Positions 31,103 through 40,926 of a DNA stretch of 50,043 bases are shown one piece after another (the first letter of the stretch is position 1; each line of letters starts with the position of its first letter). The DNA comes from a virus (lineage: Duplodnaviria > Caudoviricetes). The stretch covers positions 1 through 50,043 of the IMG/VR virus record IMGVR_UViG_3300049175_000049; one strand, written 5' to 3'. The position numbers and the translations under genes are program-made. The notes under the pieces were generated by a model that was given only the letters and a program-made list of their open reading frames with translations, was not told the DNA's origin and searched no databases.

Positions 31103-32590
31103 TTATGCTGGTGCGAGTGTGGTAATTGTTCCCGATGATCCTCTATATTTCAAAGCACCTGCGACTACATACAAAAGACCTCCTCCTGTGGGAGCAGCTG
31201 GATCTGTACCGGCATTTGCCATATAAAAATTTGGGGCACTTATACTAGAATTTCCTAATGTCAGAAGATAAGGAGGAGCGGTAGTACCAATACCAACGTT
31301 TACACGTGTATCTCCTAATATAATTGAATTACCTGTGCTTACTTTGGCATTATATCCAATAGCTATTGCATTCGTTAAACCGGTTAAAGTGGCATCTGCA
31401 CCTGAACCGATAAAAACACATTCTGAATAATTATCGTAAGTGCCACCGGCTGCATATCCAATGGCACAATTATCGACGCCACTTAAATTGCTCATTAATG
31501 CGAGTGCCCCACTTCCAAAGGCACTGTTCTGAAATCCTGCTCCATTGACAGCTAATGCACTACTTCCAAAAGCACAATTATTTGGAGCTGTATTTGCTGC
31601 TAACGCTAAATGCCCAAAGGCACTATTATCACTGGTAACTCTTAGATTTTGAAGAGCTTGATAACCAAAGGCATTGTTACGATTTCCATTTGTATTATGT
31701 AAAAGTGATTGGTATCCAAGACTATTATTAAATGAAGTTGAAGTAACCGCAGCTTGTGATTGATCACCAATGGCCACATTTCCAGCGCCTGTTGGAGATG
31801 CGGTTCCAGTACCAGTTCCAATAAAAAGATTTCCGCCTGTATTTATAATTGTTGTCGGAACGCCTGGACTATAAAAGTGTGTCCATCCCAAATCTTGATG
31901 AACATTAAAAAGATCTGTATCCGTATTATAAACAATCATTCCATCTACAGAAATCAATGCATTTATTTCTGCTTGTGTAAGCCGAGAAACGAGGAAAGCT
32001 CCTTGAGTTATTTCAACGGAGGCATCTGCACTAGAAGGATTAGCAAAACCAAAGACAGTATTAGGAAAACGTCCTGCAAATGTATTGGGATGGAAACCAA
32101 CGACATAATTTCCCTCTGTATAAATAAGACCTACATCTTTAAAATTAACAATATCGAGATCTTGAAGTTCAGTATTTGTAGCTAAAGCGTCTCCTTCCTT
32201 TGCAAAAACCGCAGGAACTTGTGTTATATTAACACCGCTATCAACAAAAACACTTCCTGAAGTATCAGCAAAAACAGGAATATCACCAGGCACAGAAGTC
32301 GCAGGCCCACTAATAACCGCAATTCTTACCCATACACCATTTTCAACAATTTGAAACTCATCTAACGTGGTATCATATACCATCATTCCATTTGAACGCG
32401 TCAGCAATAATCGCTGAGCCTGGGTCATACGCGGAATGCAAAGCGCACCCGACGTACTTTGAATGTCAAAAGCAGCAGAAGGGGTTATCTTCGCAGTAAT
32501 AACCCCATTCGCTCCCCCCTGGACATTGACCAGATCGGCAAATAATACGCCGGTGGTATAAGTTGATGGTGATACAGAATTAAGAGACAC
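31103..32590 (-). CDS. fibre / adhesin-like protein
   Basis: Same repeats and PRMT..QR...NGMMVYDTT module; directly after the capsid gene. Confidence 0.75.
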   Translation of the reverse strand: MSLNSVSPSTYTTGVLFADLVNVQGGANGVITAKITPSAAFDIQSTSGALCIPRMTQAQRLLLTRSNGMMVYDTTLDEFQIVENGVWVRIAVISGPATSVPGDIPVFADTSGSVFVDSGVNITQVPAVFAKEGDALATNTELQDLDIVNFKDVGLIYTEGNYVVGFHPNTFAGRFPNTVFGFANPSSADASVEITQGAFLVSRLTQAEINALISVDGMIVYNTDTDLFNVHQDLGWTHFYSPGVPTTIINTGGNLFIGTGTGTASPTGAGNVAIGDQSQAAVTSTSFNNSLGYQSLLHNTNGNRNNAFGYQALQNLRVTSDNSAFGHLALAANTAPNNCAFGSSALAVNGAGFQNSAFGSGALALMSNLSGVDNCAIGYAAGGTYDNYSECVFIGSGADATLTGLTNAIAIGYNAKVSTGNSIILGDTRVNVGIGTTAPPYLLTLGNSSISAPNFYMANAGTDPAAPTGGGLLYVVAGALKYRGSSGTITTLAPA

Positions 32591-32592
32591 TC

Positions 32593-33498
32593 TTACATTC
32601 CACTACTACCATAAATTGAACGAACGTTGGTTACGCCGAAGGAATAACGTTGGTTCGCACTTGCCATTAAGTTCTTTGTCAAGAAATCGCAATACACATC
32701 GGTCTCAAGAGGTGTTCTTTCATACATCTTAAGTCCATCAGGAGCATCTGTGACCACAAAGAAAGAATTTGGCAATGTTAAGAATTGATTGACCCGTGCG
32801 CCTTCTGGAATCATGGACATTGAGTAGAGTGCGCTTTCATCGTTATTTGCAGTTCCGGTACGGAAAGCAGATCCGAGAATTCGCTGTGCAACGAACTGAT
32901 TCTGAGGAGGAACAATCAACTTACGAGGCTTCGTCATAACGATAAGTCCAGCCTGGTTTTTGAATTGCTCAATCGTAATGCATGCTGCTTCAAGAGAAGC
33001 TTCATTAAGATCAGTTGCAACAGAAGGCTTGTTTGAGAAAGTTCCACCATCAATAGGATGCGCAGTGCTGAATAGCGGCTGGCCGTCACCCAGAGGGAAA
33101 TTTACATCAAATCCGTTGTTGAGAACGGCCATACCCAAAGTCTCCTTGGCTTGCTCCATAGAGTCTAAGAGAGCCTTAGATTGCATTGGGAAACGCGTCT
33201 TATAGAGGTTATCCTGTAGAGCTTCTTGAGTGATTATGAACGAAATACCTACGTTACGATGCACATAAGTAGTGATAATCCGTTGTCCCATGGTATCTAC
33301 AGCAATTGGGCCACCTTCCGGCTTAATCTGCGCTAATCCTGTAAATCTCATTTCGACTTCGATTTCTTCGTACTTATCAGAAGTATAGATATTAAATACT
33401 TCTTTATATTGCGAAGGATAACGAGCATAAGCCCCTGTTAAAGCTGCCAACCCTGGCCGTAGTTCGTTGGCTATCGAACCAGTATTAATTAAAGCCAT
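32593..33498 (-). CDS. major capsid protein
   Basis: 301 aa; ELRPGL, ITQEALQDNLY, DGQPLFSTAHP, PRKLIVPP, RYSFG. Confidence 0.9.
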   Translation of the reverse strand: MALINTGSIANELRPGLAALTGAYARYPSQYKEVFNIYTSDKYEEIEVEMRFTGLAQIKPEGGPIAVDTMGQRIITTYVHRNVGISFIITQEALQDNLYKTRFPMQSKALLDSMEQAKETLGMAVLNNGFDVNFPLGDGQPLFSTAHPIDGGTFSNKPSVATDLNEASLEAACITIEQFKNQAGLIVMTKPRKLIVPPQNQFVAQRILGSAFRTGTANNDESALYSMSMIPEGARVNQFLTLPNSFFVVTDAPDGLKMYERTPLETDVYCDFLTKNLMASANQRYSFGVTNVRSIYGSSGM

Positions 33499-33524
33499 TT
33501 TTTATTTCTCCCTGTAATTTTTAA

Positions 33525-34466
33525 TTAAATTGTCCACCATTGCGTACCGTCACTGATAACAGTGGCATGGCCATAGGCAGTCGCTATAGTTGCATTCCCC
33601 GCATCTACATTTCCTGTAGCAGCAGAAATGGTAATATTGTTCATATTTGCCATTCCTCCCGTATCCTTAATCCAATACTTCTTTCCACGATTGAAAGCAG
33701 AAGCAGTTGGAACAGTTACGGTGACAGTTCCAGTAGGAGTATGAGAACATTCAATTATTTCATCACTAATGAGAGCTGTATAAGTTGCACCCGTGACAGT
33801 AACGTTTTTGCCGCTTGGATCATTCGTAAAGCCAGTTCCATTAGCCTTGAGAGTTTGGTTATTCAAGGTCACAAGAACGTTATTGAAAGGAACACTCGCA
33901 GCGTTACCGATATAATTGGTAAATCCGATGATCTTTAAGTTCAGTGAAGAATCAGCAGAGATAGTGCTTGCATCAAGATAATAAGCGGATTGACCCGTTC
34001 TTGTAGATCCACTCGTTAGATTTACTGGAGTCAACATTGTTCCGCCACCAATTGCAAAATTGGCATTCTGACCAATTTGAGCAGCGGTTACTGTTGCCGC
34101 TGCATTTACAGCGGTATTTGAAGAGTTAGAAACCTGAATGTTAAAGACGAGATTTGGATCAGTAAAGACATATGCAGTCGCATTTAAGCTTCCTAAGGTT
34201 GCTTGACCTGCGGGCCAATAAGGTTGATTTACCAAATTACCTTGTGGATCATAATAAATTACTTGATTTAAAACGCCTATCGCTGGTGTTCCAGGAGGAC
34301 AAATTCCAATAGTACCATTTCCTAAGAAAGCAACGGGATCTCCTGAATAAAGGGCTGTTGCATAACTGGAAGCGATTGAAAGAGGCGTCTGTTGACCCGT
34401 AAGAGTCGAAGAAACATTTGTTGCAATTGATTGTAAACCGAATGGCGCATTTACTCCATAAGCCAT
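33525..34466 (-). CDS. capsid decoration-like protein with a fibre-type C-terminal domain
   Basis: MAYGVNAPFGL start and DP.LVF.IQ motif; directly upstream of the capsid gene; C-terminus ends SDGTQWWTI. Confidence 0.6.
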   Translation of the reverse strand: MAYGVNAPFGLQSIATNVSSTLTGQQTPLSIASSYATALYSGDPVAFLGNGTIGICPPGTPAIGVLNQVIYYDPQGNLVNQPYWPAGQATLGSLNATAYVFTDPNLVFNIQVSNSSNTAVNAAATVTAAQIGQNANFAIGGGTMLTPVNLTSGSTRTGQSAYYLDASTISADSSLNLKIIGFTNYIGNAASVPFNNVLVTLNNQTLKANGTGFTNDPSGKNVTVTGATYTALISDEIIECSHTPTGTVTVTVPTASAFNRGKKYWIKDTGGMANMNNITISAATGNVDAGNATIATAYGHATVISDGTQWWTI

Positions 34467-34677
34467 TATATTTTCTCCCTGTATATAATTAAAGTTTTTC
34501 TTTATTTATATTTAAGGTAAATATATGAACCAGGAGCATCAGCCCTACAGTTTAAAGTCATGCACGGACTTTCGTAGAGTTAATGTGTCTACTCACAATC
34601 ATTTAAGGAAAATGATAAACCGAAAGCTTTCGCTCAATCCTTTAAAGTCTGATTAAGACTATCTTATATATTTAAAT

Positions 34678-34706
34678 ATATTAAATAACATTATCATCTA
34701 TGTCAA
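34678..34706 (-). promoter_or_regulatory. sigma70-type promoter for the capsid operon
   Basis: TTGACA-17 nt-TAATAT on the minus strand. Confidence 0.55.
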
Positions 34707-34721
34707 ACAAAAATATTTAAG

Positions 34722-36041
34722 TTAATATGCTACTACTGAAATTGTCACCGGATCTGTTAGTGCAGCCGCTGTTGTTTGTGTATTAATGACCACATTTGAA
34801 GAAGTTGGCGAATTATAATTAATAATAAGAGGCGTTGTTCCAGATGGAGATGTACAGCTTGCTGAAATCACATATTGTGAAGGCAATGCATTTGTCCATG
34901 TTACGGTATAATTACCCGCAGCCGTTCTTGTAACAGACGCAACATTATAACCAGATAAAATAGTAGCACTGGCGGCTGTAAAGGAAACTTTAGCCAATGC
35001 AACGGATGGATGAGATAAAAAGCCGCTTGCTGGCATTGTTAAAGGATATGTTGCCCCTGATTGCAATACAACGGAACCGCTTCCATTACCGTTGATAGCT
35101 ACCACTCCATTTAAAACACTATTTGTTACTTGATTGGCATTTAATTCGATATTACCGCCTCTAACTGAGGTCGTTCCAGTTAAAGTGGCAGCCGTTAAAT
35201 TAACGATATTTCCCATACTTCCCGTAGAAGTAACTTCAGGAGGCGTAAGTCCAGGCCCTAAGAAAATAGAGCCTGTTCCATTAGGTATAATCTGAATATT
35301 TGTATTAGCAGTCGTTGATTGAATCAAATTAGAAGAAAACTGAAGATTTCCGACTTGAATAGAACTTAAAGCCGTTAAAGTATCACTTAGATTAATCACA
35401 GGATTACCTAAAACACCATCGGCATTTGTCACATCAATATTAGTTCCACCTACAAGAGAACGCGATACAAGGGTAGAAGGCCCTGTAGTTGATTGAACCA
35501 TAATACCGGTTGTTCCCAAATTAGCTAATGCACTAAGTCCACTTGCTAATGTAAAGGTTAAGGTACCGGCACTTGTGATGGGACTTCCGCCAATGGTTAA
35601 TCCAGCAGAAGGCGTCGTGGCAGCAACGGATGTAACTGCCGGAGTTCCTTGAGCAAATGGAAAAATAAGCCATGTTCCCGCAGCCGTCGTATTATCTGTT
35701 AATAAAAGACAAACAGCATTTCCTTGATTCAAGGTAATAAGAGTGTTACCAGCATTATCTTTGATAACAAAGTTATTGTTGCCGGGAGATGTATTAATAA
35801 AAACAATAGATTGACCTACAGAAGCTGCAAGTGCTGTCGGGAGTGTCACATTATATCCATTGGCATTGACGGAAATAGAGGTAAATGAGCCAATGGTATT
35901 GGGATTATCTAAAAAGTCAGTTGGCCAGTTTAAAGAAAAATTACCAGTAATCGTATAGGCAGCATAGGAAACAGAGGCTGCCCATACGGGATTTCCAGTA
36001 AAAAGATCTGTAAAACTGTTATTTGCCATTAATAAGACCAC
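34722..36041 (-). CDS. fibre/spike-like structural protein
   Basis: Thr/Ser/Gly/Asn-rich; GSPITSAGTL and NADGVLGNP motifs; C-terminal NVASVTRTAAGNYTVTW. Confidence 0.6.
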   Translation of the reverse strand: MVLLMANNSFTDLFTGNPVWAASVSYAAYTITGNFSLNWPTDFLDNPNTIGSFTSISVNANGYNVTLPTALAASVGQSIVFINTSPGNNNFVIKDNAGNTLITLNQGNAVCLLLTDNTTAAGTWLIFPFAQGTPAVTSVAATTPSAGLTIGGSPITSAGTLTFTLASGLSALANLGTTGIMVQSTTGPSTLVSRSLVGGTNIDVTNADGVLGNPVINLSDTLTALSSIQVGNLQFSSNLIQSTTANTNIQIIPNGTGSIFLGPGLTPPEVTSTGSMGNIVNLTAATLTGTTSVRGGNIELNANQVTNSVLNGVVAINGNGSGSVVLQSGATYPLTMPASGFLSHPSVALAKVSFTAASATILSGYNVASVTRTAAGNYTVTWTNALPSQYVISASCTSPSGTTPLIINYNSPTSSNVVINTQTTAAALTDPVTISVVAY

Positions 36042-36556
36042 GCATTAGAAGATCTTAAATTGTTATTTGTATTGAAAGAATTTCTCTGAACAATAAAATC
36101 AGGATTTCCTCTTAAGGCTTCATTGGAATAGGTACGTTCATAAGTCGTACGTGCAATGACTTCTCTTTCTATTCTTCCAAAACGATCAGGTCTTTCACAA
36201 AGAACCTGGCCTCCTTTTTCAATGTAACCTTTTTCATTTTTGACATCTCCATTAAGCCCTACGCCAGCTAAATAAGGATGACGAGAGGCAGGAACTGGCG
36301 TCCATTTACTATTATAAGCACGGGCGAGATTTCCTGTATCTTCTTCTCCTCCCATTTTAAAGATATATTGGCGTTTCCATGCATATTCCATTCCCATAGG
36401 AACAATAGAAGGATCTATATAAAAAGGATCTTCATAACTCATCTTTACTTGACGACGAAAATCATCTTCTTCTTGTTCCCAATCACGGGTTTCAAAATAG
36501 CGTTCTTCTTGAAATCTATTCTCTGGCTCAATATATTCTGCTGATTTTTTCTTCAT
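36029..36556 (-). CDS. head-module hypothetical protein
   Basis: VPMGMEYAWKR...WTPV...GGQVLCERP; lies between scaffold and capsid genes. Confidence 0.6.
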   Translation of the reverse strand: MKKKSAEYIEPENRFQEERYFETRDWEQEEDDFRRQVKMSYEDPFYIDPSIVPMGMEYAWKRQYIFKMGGEEDTGNLARAYNSKWTPVPASRHPYLAGVGLNGDVKNEKGYIEKGGQVLCERPDRFGRIEREVIARTTYERTYSNEALRGNPDFIVQRNSFNTNNNLRSSNAWSY

Positions 36557-36569
36557 TATTTATTTTCCT

Positions 36570-37706
36570 TTATAACATTCCATATTGTTGAAGAGAGATT
36601 GCATCTCCACGCGCATATGCATCTTTAATTCGAGCATTTTGCTTCATTTTTTCTTTGATAAAGTCTTGAGGCTTTACCCCATATTTACCAAATTCTTTCA
36701 TGAGAGTTTTTTCTGTTTCAGTAAGTTTTATGTTGTTTTGATTATTGGAACTATAATTGCCAGAAGAACTCTTACGCACAGGCGCAATCGGGGCTCTGAC
36801 ATTTTGAGAAAATGATTCTTCCATATTATAGGATCTTTCTGGTGAAGGACGTTGAGACGGAGCACTTCTTGGAGCTACATAAGGAATTTCATCCCCAAAG
36901 TTTTGACGGGCATAGTTATCAAGTTCATCATAATATTGTTTAGAATGAACAAGATCATCCCGTCCTTGACGACGATAATTATGAGCAAGCAAACTCGAAT
37001 AATCTAATATTTCAGCTGTTTTTTCAGGATCATATTCTTGATGTCCTTCAAGAATCCAAGGATTTCTCTTGGCCCACTCCATCGTTTCATCAGGCAGATC
37101 AACTTGTGGATTAGAAGCGTAATTATTATACTGTTGAGGATATTGCTGAGGATAATAAGGCTGTTCATATCCTTGAGGATAAGGATTTTGTTGAACTCCT
37201 CTTGTCATATTATAGGCACTTAAATCTTTAGCTTCAGACGCTAATTTTGCCAATTCAAAGTTGATATCCATAATAGAATCATCATCTTCAAGTTCTTTAG
37301 CTTTCTTAAATGATTCTTTAAGTTGCTGCATACGAAGATTAATACCATCCTGATAATGGGCCATTGCTGCATCACCAGCCGTTTGAGCACGGAGTAAGGC
37401 TTCTTGTTGATTTTGACGCAGAAGCATATTTTCTTCTGCCAAAAGACGGGCTTCTTCTTGAAGCTTACTTTTTTCTTTATAAAGATTGGCTAGTTTTCTT
37501 TTTTGATAAAGCTGCCTGTTTCTTTCTTTTTTTTCTTCATCTTCATGCTGAGGCTCTTCATCAATAACCTGAATTTCTTCGCTTTCAGGCGTTAGTATAT
37601 GATTAAGATCCTTTGGACTTTCTTTTTCAACTTCAGCTTCAATACTGTCGACTAAATTCTGAAATTGTTCCGCTTCATGCGGATCCATACCCGATATATC
37701 GGTCAT
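36570..37706 (-). CDS. capsid scaffolding protein
   Basis: Acidic coiled-coil; EWAKRNPW, YYDELD, PIAPV, IKLTETE; position fits. Confidence 0.7.
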   Translation of the reverse strand: MTDISGMDPHEAEQFQNLVDSIEAEVEKESPKDLNHILTPESEEIQVIDEEPQHEDEEKKERNRQLYQKRKLANLYKEKSKLQEEARLLAEENMLLRQNQQEALLRAQTAGDAAMAHYQDGINLRMQQLKESFKKAKELEDDDSIMDINFELAKLASEAKDLSAYNMTRGVQQNPYPQGYEQPYYPQQYPQQYNNYASNPQVDLPDETMEWAKRNPWILEGHQEYDPEKTAEILDYSSLLAHNYRRQGRDDLVHSKQYYDELDNYARQNFGDEIPYVAPRSAPSQRPSPERSYNMEESFSQNVRAPIAPVRKSSSGNYSSNNQNNIKLTETEKTLMKEFGKYGVKPQDFIKEKMKQNARIKDAYARGDAISLQQYGML

Positions 37707-37739
37707 TTATTCTCCCTGACTTCCCTGACATTTTTTATT

Positions 37740-38207
37740 TTATCTTCTTATAATCTTCGGATCGTTAGTGGTTCCCACCACACGATCATCATAAATAATG
37801 TGAACAGGATTGCCCTTTATATAAAGTAATGTTCCTTCATTCCGAGGAACAATTGCCCAATCGCCAAGTTTACAGAAAGGCCCACTAAGTCTAAACCTTT
37901 CTGATTGATAACAAGAACGATTCATGGCAACGACCATCCCTACACATGTCGTAAATACTTCTGTTTGTTCTTCAGCTTTACCCATTAATAATAAACTTTT
38001 AGTACCATCTTTTTTAATCATATGTTTATCACCACCCTCATTTTCTTCCCCTGTATAAAGTTTAACCATAATACGAGGGCCAGCAGGCATCACATTAATT
38101 AAGGAATCTTCTGTTGGAAGGAATCCCATAAATTTCTTAATTTTTTCAGCAGCTTCTGGAGTAAGGGCAACGGGTTCTCTAAAGTCTAAATTTTCATTAT
38201 CTAACAT
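37740..38207 (-). CDS. GroES-like co-chaperonin
   Basis: PAGPRIMVK...GMVVAM...CKLGDW...IIYDDRVVG follows the GroES pattern. Confidence 0.7.
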   Translation of the reverse strand: MLDNENLDFREPVALTPEAAEKIKKFMGFLPTEDSLINVMPAGPRIMVKLYTGEENEGGDKHMIKKDGTKSLLLMGKAEEQTEVFTTCVGMVVAMNRSCYQSERFRLSGPFCKLGDWAIVPRNEGTLLYIKGNPVHIIYDDRVVGTTNDPKIIRR

Positions 38208-38388
38208 TCTATTTTATCCTTTATTATTCTTATTGTAAAATAGCCTATCTTTAAATGATACGCCGATAGAAATATCTGTCAAATAGTTTATCAAAAATGA
38301 TTCATCTTAAATTAGGAGAAATATTACCCTTCAGAAAAATGCATCTGATTTATTAATTGTCCTTGACAAAAATACCATTTTACCCATC

Positions 38389-38571
38389 TGTGGATAACTA
38401 TCAAAAACCTGTGGATAAGTCGCAAAAATCTGTGGATAAGTCTGTGGAAAACCTGTTGATAACTTGGGATTGTAGTAGGGTTGACTTTTTTGACATTGAT
38501 AAAATTTTACTAACATGATATTTTATATATAAATCAAAAAGTTATTTAAGTTATTAACAGGCTTATCCACA
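38389..38571. promoter_or_regulatory. DnaA-box cluster / candidate replication origin
   Basis: TGTGGATAA at 38389, 38410 and 38431; one-mismatch copies at 38443 and 38454; AT-rich spacer; inverted TTATCCACA at 38563. Confidence 0.85.
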
Positions 38572-38819
38572 GGATTTTTCATGGGACTTTGGTAGTGCAA
38601 CAGGACATAAAGAAACAGAACATAGTTGTTGGTCGCATTCGCTCCCAACACAACAACAACAAAATTTTTTTTGAGGAAAATTTAAGAAGGCTCTCCATGG
38701 ATGTGATGGATGGTCTTTAATCGCGTTTTAAGAAGGCTGTAGGGTATCTAAATGAATTTCTGGCATATCGGTGAATTAAGACATCTTTTTGGCTATGCAA
38801 GGAGCTTAAAATACGATCT

Positions 38820-38895
38820 TGGTTCACCTGACAGGACTCGAACCTGTGACCTCTTCGTTATCAATGAAGCGCTCTACCAACTGAGCTACAGATGA
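38820..38895 (-). tRNA. tRNA-Ile(GAT)
   Basis: 76 nt cloverleaf; anticodon loop TTGATAA; GGTTCGAGTCC T-arm; encoded CCA; one A-C mismatch in the anticodon stem. Confidence 0.85.
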
Positions 38896-38919
38896 TTCAG
38901 TGTGTCTTTTTAGTAACAA

Positions 38920-38946
38920 AAGAGACCTCCTTGTGAGAGGTCTCTT
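38920..38946 (-). terminator. intrinsic terminator-like hairpin between repA and tRNA-Ile
   Basis: AAGAGACCTC-7 nt-GAGGTCTCTT with a short T run. Confidence 0.5.
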
Positions 38947-39117
38947 CAGAAAAAGAAAAGAATAATGTCCTTTTGCAGGACGAATTCATTATAACATATT
39001 TCTTTTTAAAGGAAATACTCTTTTTATCTGAAAGTTTTCTTCTGAAGCGATCTTAAAACGGGCCCGCGAATTTGATAATTTAAGAATCGCAAATTGGATA
39101 ATTATGATGAAAAATAC

Positions 39118-39990
39118 TTATTTCCCTAGATATATTCTTCCTTTGAGGATTTGTACTGGCATTTGAGGATATATGATTTTGATTGTTTCGATAGCTTCCT
39201 TACATTTTTTAGAAAAGTTATCCAAACGTTTGAATTGATGACCCATTTGATAACTTAAATTCTCAAAACTAATATAAACACCTTTTTTGAGATTAAATGT
39301 ACGCCATGCAAGAAAGAAATACATGTCTAAATTTAAAGCACTACTTTTTAATTCTTTAACTACTCTTAAATCAATAGGAATAGGAGATTTTATTATTTCT
39401 TCAAAAAAATTATAATTAAGCATTAAATAACTTTTAAACATATCATCTTGATTTATTATTTGAGGAGGCCAACAAAACTTGTATTTATCAGTAATTCTTG
39501 TATATTCTCCTTTTTCATATTTTAAACAAAATGGAGAAAGATGAGGAATTTCTTTTGTTCCTTTTTCTATCCATGAAAAAGAAGCCCCTAATAATCTTTT
39601 TAATTGATTATAAAATAGATTCATAGAATTTCCTCCATGAGGAATTTCTAATTTTTGTGTAAATTCATAGAAACTTCCTCCTAAATAAATATAAGGACTT
39701 TTCTTTTTGACAGCTTCACTGACAATATAAGACATAATCAGGCGCGGATACACTCCATATGGAAGACCTAAATATTGATTTCCTTCATATCCTCCCACCA
39801 CATTAATCGTTACATTCCCATTGGTTCTTGTCCAATTGTGAATATCATCTCCTGGATTTCGGTAAGGAAGATTTACCATTACTAATAATCTGCTCATAAA
39901 TCTTAACTCTCCTTCTTCTCGCGCTGATTTTTTTCTTATTCTATCTGCTAAGTCAATAAGATTATCAAATTTATCGCTTTTTGAAGGCAA
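39118..39990 (-). CDS. repA: plasmid-type replication initiator (RepA_C-like family)
   Basis: LPYRNPG...WTRTNGN...GLPYGVYPRLI...SPIPIDLR...LKSSALNLDMYFFLAWR; TTG start with GGGGAG RBS; next to DnaA boxes. Confidence 0.85.
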   Translation of the reverse strand: MPSKSDKFDNLIDLADRIRKKSAREEGELRFMSRLLVMVNLPYRNPGDDIHNWTRTNGNVTINVVGGYEGNQYLGLPYGVYPRLIMSYIVSEAVKKKSPYIYLGGSFYEFTQKLEIPHGGNSMNLFYNQLKRLLGASFSWIEKGTKEIPHLSPFCLKYEKGEYTRITDKYKFCWPPQIINQDDMFKSYLMLNYNFFEEIIKSPIPIDLRVVKELKSSALNLDMYFFLAWRTFNLKKGVYISFENLSYQMGHQFKRLDNFSKKCKEAIETIKIIYPQMPVQILKGRIYLGK

Positions 39991-40090
39991 AGTGAGTGCT
40001 CCCCATTTAGATGGAATTTTAAGATTATTGTAATGATACTAACGTAAAACCTCGGAGGAGGAATCTACCAGATTTTCCTAGACTTACAAT

Positions 40091-40288
40091 CTATAAATGA
40101 CCTTCTTCGATAGATTTTAGAAGATCTTTCATGATTTCAATTGCTTCCAGAAGACCATTAATTTTGTTGCTTGAACCAACGTAGCTGTCCCATGTAGGAC
40201 AGCTACCTCTTATAATTGGATAAGAATAATTATCTATTCTTTCGTTATATCTTTTTAAGAGTTCACCTGAAAAAAGATGAACACTCAT
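40091..40288 (-). CDS. hypothetical protein
   Basis: 65 aa coupled ORF downstream of the portal block. Confidence 0.6.
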   Translation of the reverse strand: MSVHLFSGELLKRYNERIDNYSYPIIRGSCPTWDSYVGSSNKINGLLEAIEIMKDLLKSIEEGHL

Positions 40289-40926
40289 TAAAATACTTTA
40301 ACTTTAGAATTTTTAGAATGAATAGGCATCCCTTTGGAAGTTGCTTCTTCATGACGCATCTTCGCAACGCCGCCAGCAGCTAATTTCATATGCTTGCCTT
40401 TCTTTGCTTTATGCATCGGCTCTTCACCTCTCATGAGATCTTCATAGTCATAGTGATGAAACTTCGTGGTAGGATGCTCTCCAACCATTTCACTTTCATA
40501 CACTGTTCCACCACGAGAATAACGGGCAGACATCGGCATTCCTCCCTGCATGTTACTGCTCATCATTCCTCCCATTTGCATGCGCTTCTTTTTCTTAGCC
40601 ATGCTTTTACCACCTTTTCTGAAAACTTTCGTTTCCGCTTTACCGCCCATTTTATAGACATCCGTATTCATGAGTTTCTCTCTACTTTTATGTGTTTTCT
40701 CCAATTTTGGGATATATAAGTTCGTTAATGATCCCCCTTGAATTTCCTTATGCGGAACTTTCTTAGGCATATAACTTCCTTTTACATCACCACTTTCTTT
40801 CCCCCGGGAGGCTTTCCCTCCTATTTTTAGCTTTTTCTCTTTTTCAATGAGATTATGAACATCTTTGAGCTCTCTTTCTTGGGCACGATGAAGAACAGCT
40901 CTTTTTTTTTCGTGTTCTCCCATCAT
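40288..40926 (-). CDS. basic Met/Gly-rich putative internal head protein
   Basis: Several xxxGG motifs; Lys-rich. Confidence 0.55.
   Translation of the reverse strand: MMGEHEKKRAVLHRAQERELKDVHNLIEKEKKLKIGGKASRGKESGDVKGSYMPKKVPHKEIQGGSLTNLYIPKLEKTHKSREKLMNTDVYKMGGKAETKVFRKGGKSMAKKKKRMQMGGMMSSNMQGGMPMSARYSRGGTVYESEMVGEHPTTKFHHYDYEDLMRGEEPMHKAKKGKHMKLAAGGVAKMRHEEATSKGMPIHSKNSKVKVF

Noticed and set aside
24076-32590. Diversity-generating retroelement behind the fibre repeats
   Set aside because: No reverse transcriptase; both copies are mid-gene coding, and the differences are mostly synonymous rather than adenine-specific
32575-32620. Programmed frameshift fusing the major capsid protein to the following fibre gene
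   Set aside because: The fibre frame has a TAG five codons upstream of its GTG, and no slippery sequence lies in the overlap
38389-38462. CRISPR-like repeat array
   Set aside because: Repeats are 9-12 nt DnaA boxes with very short spacers; no cas genes
38331-38516. 61 aa ORF with YPQ repeats
   Set aside because: It is the translation of the DnaA-box array
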